DNA from: Lytechinus pictus
Lineage: Eukaryota
Reading direction: 5' to 3'
Length of the DNA stretch: 64,000 nt
Assembly: GCF_037042905.1 (NCBI RefSeq)
Contig: NC_087251.1
Span: 43,092,001-43,156,000 of the forward strand
Part shown: one piece after another, positions 25,601-37,600 of the stretch
How the letters are laid out: each line of letters starts with the position of its first letter
Position numbering within the stretch: the first letter of the stretch is position 1
Translations under genes and position numbers: made by a program
Notes under the pieces: model-generated
The model's database searches: none
What the model was told of the DNA's origin: nothing
The model's input: the letters and a program-made list of their open reading frames with translations, nothing else

Positions 25601-28600
25601 ACATAATCACAATACATACACAAAAGAGATAAAAAGGAAATGACTAATTCGAAAAAAAAGAGGTATGTTTTTTTCAAAAATGTCTGAAATTGATCTGTAG
25701 AGTTTGATGATTTAACGAAAGTGGGGATATTGTTCCATTCTTTAGATGAGGTAACAGCAAATGTACAATCACCTGTTTTTGTATGGGTCTTTGGAATGGC
25801 AAGCAAAAATTGGTCTGGACGAACAGAGATGCGAGATGCTCTATGGGAAGCAAGGCTATCTTTGATATGTTTTGGCACCTGGTTATGAAGGGCTATGAAA
25901 TCAAAAAGTAGTGATATAAAGACAATTCTCTTCTTCTTTACTTCTAGGATGGCACCCCAATCAAGGCCTTCGTGGCCACCTGTCACAACCAGGTGGTGGG
26001 TGTGGCCTTGACACGAGCGGAAGAAGACATCGAGTTCATCCTGTAGCAAGATTTTTAGCATGTTGAATATAATACAAGAAATGATTGATCTGTAAATGCA
26101 TGCGGCAGATAATGCACCTTGCCCCATCTTGTTCATTTTTATCCAGGATGGCACCCCAATCAAGGCCTTCGTGGCCACCTGTCACAACCAGGTGGTGGGG
26201 GTGGCCTTGACGCGAGCGGAGGAAGACATCGAGTTCATCCGCTCCCATTACAACATAGAGGACTTCATCTACTTCAACCACCATCGACGAGATGAGCACG
26301 GTCACCTCCATCACTTCGCCATGAACCCCATCTTTCAGCATCGCTCCAAGCATTTCATGAAAGAGATCCTACGACAGAGTCACCATACGTGTCTCTACTA
26401 TCCCGTCTTTCCTGCCTATTCAGTATGTATCTATAATGCTCGTTTAAATGTTATAACACTTGTGTAAATGTTATAACGCTTGTTTAAATGTTGAAATGAT
26501 GAATGTTTTATCAGATTCTCAACCCTTATGGCTAGTATTCTGAAATTAGGTTTAACTTAAACCATGGTTTAAATTTGAGGATTAACTTTGGATAGCCAGG
26601 TGTGATGCAAATCTCCATAACTTGGATGATCAGTAAATCACCATATTTGTCACTTAAAGCATTACAAACCAACTTGAAATGATAAATGCTATAGTTGTAT
26701 TTAGCATTAAAACATGGGAAAGGTCTCAATAAACTCACAAGAAGCATATGGTAAACAAATGTTTGACACTTGCAGTATCCCATATTCTTAGCTTAGACTT
26801 ACATGTAGACCGTAACCTTAGTTAAACTGGACTCAGAATATGGACCAATTTGTTTTATTATGCAAATCCACCAAATATTCCAAACTGTCCATGCATACAT
26901 TTTGTATTGACTAGGAGCAGAGGTCAAAAGGTCAAGGTCACCGTGGCATGTTTTCATCTTACCCTTCTGCAGTCCTTCTAAACACGATAACTTCAGTTTA
27001 ACTTAACCTAGGCTCATATAATTTGATGTGTATGATACTAGCATGGATCCCAGGAAGCCTTTCGATTTTGAGGTCAAAAGGTGAAAGGTTAAGGTCACAG
27101 TGACAGGGTTTCATCTTACCCTTCTGAAGTCCTTGTAAATGCGATAACTTCAGTTTAACTTAACCTAGGCTCATATAATTTGGTGTCATGATTCTAGCAC
27201 GAATCCCAGGAAGCCTATTGATTTTGAGGTCCAAAGGTCAAGGTCACAGTGACATGTTTTCATCTTAATAATAATAATAATAATGGGTATTTAGAGGCGC
27301 TAAAAACAAAAAGTACCATAGCGCGTACAATGTAGGAATAACAATTTAACATTTGCAATAATTACTACAATATTCAAGATAAAAAGGGAAATTAATTATT
27401 GAGGAAAAAGGTATGTCTTAAGGGAAGATTTGAAGCCAAGAACACTGGAAGCATTTCTTATTGAAAGAGGGATAGTATTCGCAAGTCTTGGCAGCTGCTA
27501 CAGCAAACCGTTTTTCGGCAGAGGAGAGTTTTGACAAGGGAATGCAAAGTCTGAATGTGTCAGTGATTGAACAAAGATCACGAGAGGGTGTGTATAATTT
27601 GATGGTATCATTAAGATATTCAGGTGCTAGATGATTTAGAGTTTTGTATACATATAAACAGACTTTAAACTGAATACGTTGGAAAAGAGGTAGCCAGTGG
27701 AGTTCCTTAAGTAGGGGTGTAGTGTGAGTTCGGGATCCAAAGCCAAAAATTAATCGAGCGGCACGATTCTGAATAACCTCAAGTTTTCGTCTTTCTCTAG
27801 CTGACAAAACAGTATATAAACTATTACAGTAATCTAACCGAGAAAGAATAAGTGCTCGCACAGCATGGTGACATGTCTTAAGATCAATGAATCTACGAAT
27901 CCTCCACAAATTGCTGAGATAATAATTACAATTACGGACAACATGATTTACTTGAGCAGACAGTGTGAAAATGTTATCAATGCATACTCCAAGAACAGTA
28001 GTTTTAGTGGAGAAGGGGATGCATTGACCATTCACATTAAGCTGAATATGTGATATTGATTGCAGATGGCGGGCAGAAGAACAGAGAGCTTTGAATTCAG
28101 TTTTGCTATTATTCAGCTGGAGATAATTAGATCTTACCCTTCTGCAGTCCTTTTAAACGCGATAACTTCAGTTGAACTTAACCTAGGCTCATATAATTTG
28201 GTGTGTATGATACTAGCATGGATCCTAGGAATTCTATTGATTTTGAGGTCAGAAGGTCAAAGGTGAAGTTGCCACCTTCCATTTTTCTTGCTTGACCAAT
28301 AACTCAATTTTCTGCGTTACAGGCGGGCGTATTATGTGCTTGCCTTAGCGACACTTTTCTTATCATTTTCATTACTCTTTATACCGAAAGTATGAATTTG
28401 GGGAAAAGTATATGATTTCTGATTGTTTCTTTTAGTTAATTGTGGAACGTTAATTGTCTTTATACATTTTTATTTTATTTTTGCTGTTTTATCAGAATGG
28501 ATAGAGGATCATTTTTGTTGTGTCATTGGTTTTCTAAAGCACATTTGATATTTGAATGGTTATCCTTTCTTATCAGGATGACATGAAGCACTCTCTGGTC

Positions 28601-31600
28601 ACATGTCTCAACTTCATGGTACCAGTCCGAGCTAGAAGACAGATCATGTACCCACTTAAGGAGCTAGGTCAGAACGCTCCTTCAAAACGAGTTATCAAAG
28701 AACAGGTCAGTCAGAATTCAACTTTCTTCAAAATTTGCAGAAAAATATGGGAATTCTCGCTACCCCAAATAGCGATTTCGCCGAGATCCGGGAAAATCCC
28801 TGTAACGTGCATTGCATTATGGGATAGCTTTTTCGGTATTACAACTTCCTTTTCGGAAGTCCAACGCACTGCATTTGCCATTTAGATCAACAGTGCCGTC
28901 ATGCTCAACAACACAACGTAGCTTTCGCTCGGAAAGTTCGTGATCACAACCCTCTCTTTCACTAACAGTTTTACAGCCTTTTCTGCTAAAGTCACTAATT
29001 CTGCCTGACGCTTTCCATTGCATGGTATTCATCTGTCAGTTAAGATTTTTTTAAGTTCCGAAACTGATTTTTATCCATTTTGTGGTCGACGAAAAATTGA
29101 ACGAAATGAATGCTGAATATACGGTATTTAGTGTCTAGTTGAATACGATCGTGATGTCAGGCCGGTCGCTAAATGCAAAATTTTAAGATATTATTTGTTT
29201 GATTTTTTTATAACCAAATAAAAGCATGAATAAAAATTATTCTCACGTGAAATATATATTTTTTTTTATTTATAATTCAAATGGAATAAAAACTGACCAA
29301 ATGTAATAAAAAGTATTATACTCTGTACATATTACGATTGGCATCGATTTCAGCGTGGTGGAAAACTCAGTATCGCGAACCTCGCGCGAGCATGACTCTA
29401 AACCGGAAGTGGTGATGACGACCCGACGGGGTGAAAATTATCTCGTCTCGCGCATTATGAGATTTTTGTTCCTATTTGGGGTAGCGAGAATTGATCGTAG
29501 ACTGCATTCTTCTTTAGTGCCTGTCACATTGTTCCGTGCAAGCCTTGCACGTAACTATTTCTGCGACCTTCTGGTCACCCGCAGGTCGCCCGCATTGACA
29601 GTATCTCGCATGCATCTCACACGCTGTTGTCCATGAAAGCCCACGCAAGTCTGATTTGAAAAGTTTTGAACATGTTAAAACCTTTGTTGTGGGTGAGTTG
29701 GTGGTGATTGCTGCGGATGAGTTGCTGGTGATTGCCTGCAACTCACCTGCAAGACTTGCATGGAACGATTTGACAGGGCCTTCAAGGTTATTTTCCTGTT
29801 TCCATAATCAATGATAGTGTTTTACAATTATTTGATGATGAATATTGTAATGCCCTTACCTGATGTTCATTAACCCTTATTAAACTGGGGGGGTCAATTT
29901 GACCCCCCCCCTCAACAAATTTGTCACTACGCCGTCGCACGAATTTTTTTGACTGCGCCGCTCACTGACTTTTTACTTTCAAGTCTTGCGCATCTTTTGA
30001 GACAAAATTTGCAACGCTGGGGTAAGCGGCTCCAAAATTACGCAACGTTTTGTAAGTGCATGTCAGACCAGAAATTGCTCAAAAACGTGATTCCGTGTAA
30101 AAAGTCAATGCAAATTGTGTTTTTCTCAACCAAAAATCATAAATTTTTAGTTTTGTTGGTTTCAATGGATTTATTTTATTTTTTTTTTTTTTGAAAATTT
30201 TACTATACACTCCTGTAGTTTAAATCCGGCTCTACGCGCTTGCAAATTTGTCGTGGCGATTGCGCAATCAGCGGCCGAGATCTGAGGGGGGGGTCAAATT
30301 GACCCCCCCCCCCCAGTATATACTGGTCCAAAATAGCCCAGTTAAGATAGGGTTAATCTGTAGCTTGTCTATCACAATATTTGAGTTTCACAGAGTGCTA
30401 GGATAAGACATATTTTTTTTTGGGGGGGGGGGCGGGTGATAGAGAAGGTATTTTTGGAAGGACTTGTGACAAGTGTTTACTTGAAGACTTGAATAATTTA
30501 TGCTCTCTATAGCTATCATGACTTAGGATTTTTAACCTCTTCTTCTTTAGTGTGCTTAATGAAAAGATTCTGGAGTAATGTGAGTTTATGACTAAATATT
30601 GGCGAACATGTTAAAAATATGGTCTTTCATGTACTAGTATCCATATAATTTTCAAAACAATACTTTTTGATGATATCATAATGTAAAACATCTACTTTCC
30701 ATTGATTATTTATATTTTTTTAATCATAGGAGATGTATGCGTTGAGTCACATCAACAGGAAGTTGACCTTAGAACCAAAGGTCACGATCAATGCCCGCAT
30801 CGTTGTGGTTGGAGCATCGGATACAGGCATCGCTTTCCTTGAAACACTCGCATTCTGGTAAATATATTTATTGTGTATCTCTGACCTCTGCATGTCTACT
30901 GATAATGAAAGAAAGGTAGAAAGCAATGTTGTTATACCCTTCCTGTTTTATTAATGGAGGGAAATTAATCTATTTTTGAGATTAGCAAACATGTGAACTA
31001 AATAAAGAAAATCTAAATACGGTATCGAATCATCTTTTTCTTTTTTAATCGAATTATTATGAAAGCATAAGTATAGGTACATCACAGTGATGGAAAATGA
31101 ATAAATTCTCTGGCCCGTTCTCTGAACTCAGGTTGAAAATAAACCCTGGTTTAAAGTTGTGGTTTAACTATGAAGAGCCAGTCGGGGCACAAATCTATTA
31201 GTACACATTCAATTTAATAACTCACATGACACTCAATTCATTCATAACTGCTGGGAATGATAAGTGAAGTATTTTTCTTCATTATGCAAGCAATAGTAAA
31301 CATAAGGAATATACAATGTAAACAGATTTTTAAAAAGTTTTTGGCTCCCATAATTTTAGCACAGACTTAGACCGGAGTCTAAGTTAAACCTGACTTCAGA
31401 ATGCAGGCCTCTGGTTTTAATATTTTTGGCATTAATTTGTATATTCTTAAATGTTCTTGTATTTTCGATGAATGTCATATTTAGATAAATGATTATCCTC
31501 TTTTGGAATTTATCATGTGTGAATCATTCTGTAAATGTTTTATAATATATGTGTTGCCATGCTGTCTTTTTTCTCCCAGCCCCCACTTGAGGTTCAACAA

Positions 31601-34600
31601 TCTGTGTCTCGTCTCCCCCAACGGTCTGCCGGGTCACATGTCATACGATGAGAACAGATCTCGGTTCCTTTCTACCAGTCACTGCTACACGCATGATGAG
31701 CTCTCTCAGATCTCTCTCAGGTCATGGGTCAATGTGGTCTCGTCCAAGATGACCGGCATCAATAGGTTGGTATTTCTCACTAATGCCCCCCTTTCTCAAC
31801 ACCAATGAATTAAAGAAAAAAAAAAACATGGGCCCATATTCTGAATTCTGGTTTAACTTAGACCATGGTCCAACTCTGTGCTAAAATTAAGGGAGGCTAA
31901 AAATGTCACAATTTTATTGACATGGTATACTTCTTATGTTTAGTGTGACCTTTCCAAACCTTTGATGATGAAGACATCTATCTAAGAATGACTTGAGAGT
32001 CAAATGAGCTGATACATTGAACCTCTACTGTTAAAGATTTATGTCACCATTGGCTAACCATAGTTAAACCACAACTTTAAACCAGATTTTGAATTAAACC
32101 CTAGTGTTGTGTTGGGATCGGATCTGTGATTATTGAAGGGAAGCGTAATAAGGAAACTTTGGAGAAAGTTATACGTTCAAAATCACATGAGTATTTAATC
32201 ATCAATATTCAGCTACAGTTCAAAGTACATGAAGATTCAGAGTATATCAGGAGACGATGAATATAAAATAATTTAGAAGTATCAGGTTGAGATTCAAAGT
32301 GAACTTAAATTAATACTGGATGGACATCTAAGTCTTGAAGTCAGTCAGTCTATCTGGATGAGTGTTCGTCTAGTATTCTACAGTATATTCTCTCTTGTAT
32401 ATATCATTAGTTTTGGGGGTGTAACAATTTAAGGTGGGAGTGATCTCTAAACTCGATCTGATTGGTCTACAGGTAACTGTCTATCAAACTTTCTCTGGTA
32501 TAAGGGGTGTGGTGATGCTCTGTGCAAGTGACTAGGGCTGGAAGAGTGAGTCATACTTCTTCCTTGAAGTTAGCTGACGTCACTGAGGGTTGGTCCTATA
32601 ATGGTCAAGGTTTAGGAGTTAAATGGTATTGGGGGTTTGGGAATTCTTAGATGACATTGGGGGAGTTTGTAAACAAGTGAGGGTGAATGACTGAAAGGAT
32701 AAACAGGAAGTTAAATACATACTACATAACATCCCCTTTCTTTGAAAAATGAGGCTCCTCTCCTCATTAGGGAAAAAATGTATACAATTAGATTACAAAA
32801 GTTATTTTGAAAAGTGAGTGAAACCAGAATAGTGTATCTCAATTGTCCACTGTACTTTCACTCTCGCTCTCATACTCATTATTTACCTTAAAAGGATTAA
32901 AGTTATTCTACATCTTAACTAATTTCAACTAAAAGATATAACTAACACATCGAACACATTCACTTAATATATTGAAATAAAGTAACACACAAGCAAATTA
33001 ATCAACTAATCAACCAATAATGATACTACAGTATATACATTAACTCGTGCAGACTCATGCACTTTGAAATCACTGAAAAGCTAAACTAGTTTAATTAATA
33101 ACAGTAATAACAAGAAAATTATGTATGCTATATAAATCTTAGCATCTGATCAACATGATAATTAGCGGAAAGTTAAACAGGTGCGCTCTAGAAATGACAG
33201 TTTCTCTATGTTAGGAAGGCCTAATATGTACTTCAAATGAAGCAATCAACATAGAACTCAATTATTACTATCACTCCTATCCTGTTGCATACCTGCCAAC
33301 CATTCCGATTTTGGCGGAATTATACCGATTTTTTAGCCTCCATTCCGAATTCCGAATTTTTAAACCGAAATTCTGATTTTTGGGTCAATCAATATAGTGT
33401 TGAAATTATTGAAACGGCTGTATGATGCGACTAACGCATAAGCGGCTGTAACATACGACTAACGCATAAACAACTGGAGCGCACGGCTAAGTGCTAAGTG
33501 CACAGTTCCATTGCAATTGCATGTGAAAATTACGAGCAGCGCGCGGCCGATATTAGCGTTGACTTCCGGAACAAAATGGCGGCTGACATCGGCTCGCGAA
33601 AGTGCCAGTTTTCAGTGAGGACACGTTTTCAAAATCCACGAACATCGGAAAAACCGTGAAAAATTCACTTTTTTAGACCCCTTGTTTCCTAACTACGATG
33701 TATAGAATTAACGATGGTGATATTTTTGACGCGAAATATGGTGATTTAGTAAGAAAATTTCACTTTTTATTCGAGGTTTTGCCCTTTTCGCCGGATGATT
33801 TTGTATTGTGGAATGAGTTAGTGAATGAGTCGTGTTTTGGTGTCTAGAGTGTGTTGGTAATATCATTGATGAGTCTGCTGACCGGCTGCTTAAATTACCC
33901 GGCCGCTCGGCCGGCCGCACCGTGCACATGGGGAGGCTCTGCTGCAGTTACTCAAGTTAGATCTATCCCTACGCAATGTTGAAATTGATCTGTACTTTAT
34001 TTTTTCGAATAATTGTCAAATTTGTGAGAAAGAAAGGAAATTATCAACTTTCGAGTCAAGTTGAGCCATCGGAGCTGAACGCCAAATCTACTTGCTTCGC
34101 TTGCCTAAACTCCCGGCGCCCGAGTTGCTGCGCCTCAGCCTCCCAGTCTCACCGGCGCACCGCAAGTGCAGTGGTGGTTGCGGGTCGGGCGTATGCCGCC
34201 GTAAGCTTCGGCTCCGTTTTTGTCATGGCTGAAAATCTGCTTTCTTATGCCAACAAGCACTTATCTAATAAAATTTATGATATAACCTTGTCCTCAGTCA
34301 CTACTCCTGTGTGGTGAAATATAAACATGAATAAGATGACAATGTTTGGCTTATTTTGATGCATATGATAGACTTGATATAAATGATAAATAAATGTTAG
34401 ATTTTTTTGCACTCAGTTTTTAATACAGTAGGCCAACTTGAATCTGAATTAATGATACAAAATATCCCTTGGCCCAAAACTCAATTGTATTCTTGAAATT
34501 ATTTTTTTTCTGATTAAAAAGAGAATCTTTCCAGAAACTTTCCAACAATAGAGGGCATCACAATTTATTAAAAAATTAAATTATTCCTAAGTCTATATAG

Positions 34601-37600
34601 ATTTCAATGAAAACAAATCACACCTGAATGAAACTGGGTGTATTTTTTTGTCACAAACGTGATATCTTCAAGACCTTTGTTTTAATGTTTAATTGACAAA
34701 TGATATTATATTACATATAAGTAGACTAACGTTACATGTAGGTCATCCTGTGGTATGGTAAATAGGGTAAATTTGCTTTAAAAGGGGTAGAGAAATGCTA
34801 ATTTTACATGCAGAAAATGCAGAGTCCCTACCATGGGAGGGGGAAACCATCTCGCGCGCGACCCGTTCGGGGCCCTCGTGGCTTTGATACTGATTTTTTA
34901 TTATCAAAGGTTGGCAGGTATGCTGTTGGAGAATATCTTTCCTTATTCATGTTATAAAAGAACAAAATAAACAAGTACTTTCAAACTTGTTAGATATCAT
35001 CATTATGACAAGTATAAATTCAAACTTATCTTGGTAATCAACCTTGCGATGATAAATATTTGTTCAATAAAATGTATATTATCCTAAACTTTAATAATTA
35101 AACACATTGTCAACAATTACTACTAAGTTCTAATTCAATCACATACATATCACACATTTAGCAAAACATTAATCAATCACTTTTTTACATCAAATACAAT
35201 CGTCTGAAAAATCTCTGTCTGATAAGTTGGTCAGTATGTCACAGTAAACTTTAATGGTCTCGATGGGATTTGGAGGTTTCAGGGCAATTCTCTGTAATGG
35301 TCATTTATGTCATTAATGTTATTGTACCTGTCAACTAGTATGGATATTGTAATAAAACAGGTGGATTGGGGTACAGCTTGCCTTGTGTTGAGGATTAGTT
35401 TTTCTTAGGGTCTGTTCACACTTGAAAGATTTCAGACAATGGTGATGTTACCAAAGTAGTTTCTATACACTCCACAACAAAATTAAATTAATCAATAAAT
35501 TTGTGAGCGGTGGGCGTCCTCATCATAGGGAAATGTGCTTCTATTTTCACTTCTATTTCCGAAGTATATTTATGTCATAGGATTACGCACCAAATCTTCT
35601 ATATGAGTTTCACTCCTAATTTGCTCCGATAATATTTAATGGTTATTTTCAAGTACATTCAAACTTGATTTGAACTCATGCTATACACAAAGCGGCGAAA
35701 TACTAAAAGAAAATAATAAAAACCAAAATAAAATCGTATTTCTTGACACATCTGGCCTATGTGTAGTCCAGTATCATTCATCACTGGAAAATTCTTTGCT
35801 TTACATGTTAATGTTAACCAACTACAACACCATCATGATTTTGATTGAAACATAAAACATTCTCGCTTCGTAATATCATCTCCCTTGATTACATCACATC
35901 CAAATGTTGTTTGAGAAATAATGAAATATCACATATTACATTAACTTGGTTAATCCTTATCTAGCTCGGTATTCTTTGGAATTGTCAATGTCAATGACTT
36001 CGTCTCAAGTCAAAAAGGTGGTTTAATTTTCATCATGGTAAATTTTAATAATCTGGCTAGAGACAGTGTTTGTAAAATTTTGGAATGTTGTTAATACAAA
36101 GGTCAAATCAAAAGGTTAAAGATGGTGGTATTATAACAAATTAATGAAACTGTGTACACTGAAAATACATATACACATGTACATGTTACGGACACTAAAT
36201 TAAATGTAGCCTCTCGCACTCTCTCATGCCAGTGGAACAATAAAGAAAATGGTTTCACTTACCGATCAGAGATGAAGAAGATATTAAAAATGATTAAGAT
36301 AGAGTATAATGAATAGCACAATTAAAGTAATCTCCAGTGTTCTTATACATGTATATTCAGGGAAGAGTCTAAGTCATTCATTATCTATAGTTGGGAATTT
36401 GTTGTCGCAGTGGTGGTCTGCGTCGTTGATGTTGACGATGGCGTCTTGTCATGTTTCCAGTTAGTGTCATTGTCATCTGTGTTGTCATCGATGTCCTTGT
36501 CCTATTGTCCCTCCGTCTATATCGTCCGTCTGCTCTTCCGTCTGTTCATCCGTCTGTGTGTTTCTGTAGTGCGGTAATTGTAGTCGTTGATTTTTGTCAT
36601 CCAATGTAGCTCAGGTTCTAACAGGGCCAGTGCTGACACTCGTAGGATAGATAATATCTTAACTTAACTTTCTTTTCATGAGAGCAATTCTCAGTCTTTT
36701 CTCGAAGCACATATCCATGATAAAAATTAAGTGTTTCTCAATTAGAGACCCGGGTTCTCCGCCATGTCGTGTTGGGATCGGATCGGTGATTATTGAAGGG
36801 AAGCGTAATAAGGAAACTTTGGAGAAAGTTATACGTTCAAAATCACATGAGTATTTAATCATCAATATTCAGCTACAGTTCAAAGTACATGAAGATTCAG
36901 AGTATATCAGGAGACGATGAATATAAAATAATTTAGAAGTATCAGGTTGAGATTCAAAGTGAACTTAAATTAATACTGGATGGACATCTAAGTCTTGAAG
37001 TCAGTCAGTCTATCTGGATGAGTGTTCGTCTAGTATTCTACAGTATATTCTCTCTTGTATATATCATTAGTTTTGGGGGTGTAACAATTTAAGGTGGGAG
37101 TGATCTCTAAACTCGATCTGATTGGTAACTGTCTATCAAACTTTCTCTGGTATAAGGGGTGTGGTGATGCTTTGTGCAAGTGACTAGGGCTGGAAGAGTG
37201 AGTCATACTTCTTCCTTGAAGTTAGCTGACGTCACTGAGGGTTGGTCCTATAATGGTCAAGGTTTAGGAGTTAAATGGTATTGGGGGTTTGGGAATTCTT
37301 AGATGACATTGGGGGAGTTTGTAAACAAGTGAGGGTGAATGACTGAAAGGATAAACAGGAAGTTAAATACATACTACATAACACTAGTTCAAAGTACGGG
37401 CCATTCAGACTAAAGATTGCTCAGTAGAATAGACAAAGGACAAAGTCATAGATTCTGTCCAGTCGTCGTGTGTTATCTGTCAGATCTCACTCAGGTCATG
37501 GGTCAATGTGGTATCTCTTTCTGAGATGACTTGTATCAATCGGTTGGTATTTCTCACTAATCCCCAACCACAACAACAAACGAAATACATCAAGCCCAAA

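Noticed and set aside
25594..26178. 194-aa minus-strand ORF
   Set aside because: Chance fusion of an L2 3' fragment with the antisense of the duplicated CFAP61 exon.
28753..29492. Inverted 21-bp pair AATTCTCGCTACCCCAAATAG just after exon 15
   Set aside because: Probably a non-autonomous DNA transposon, but I could not define termini or a TSD, so it is not listed as a feature.
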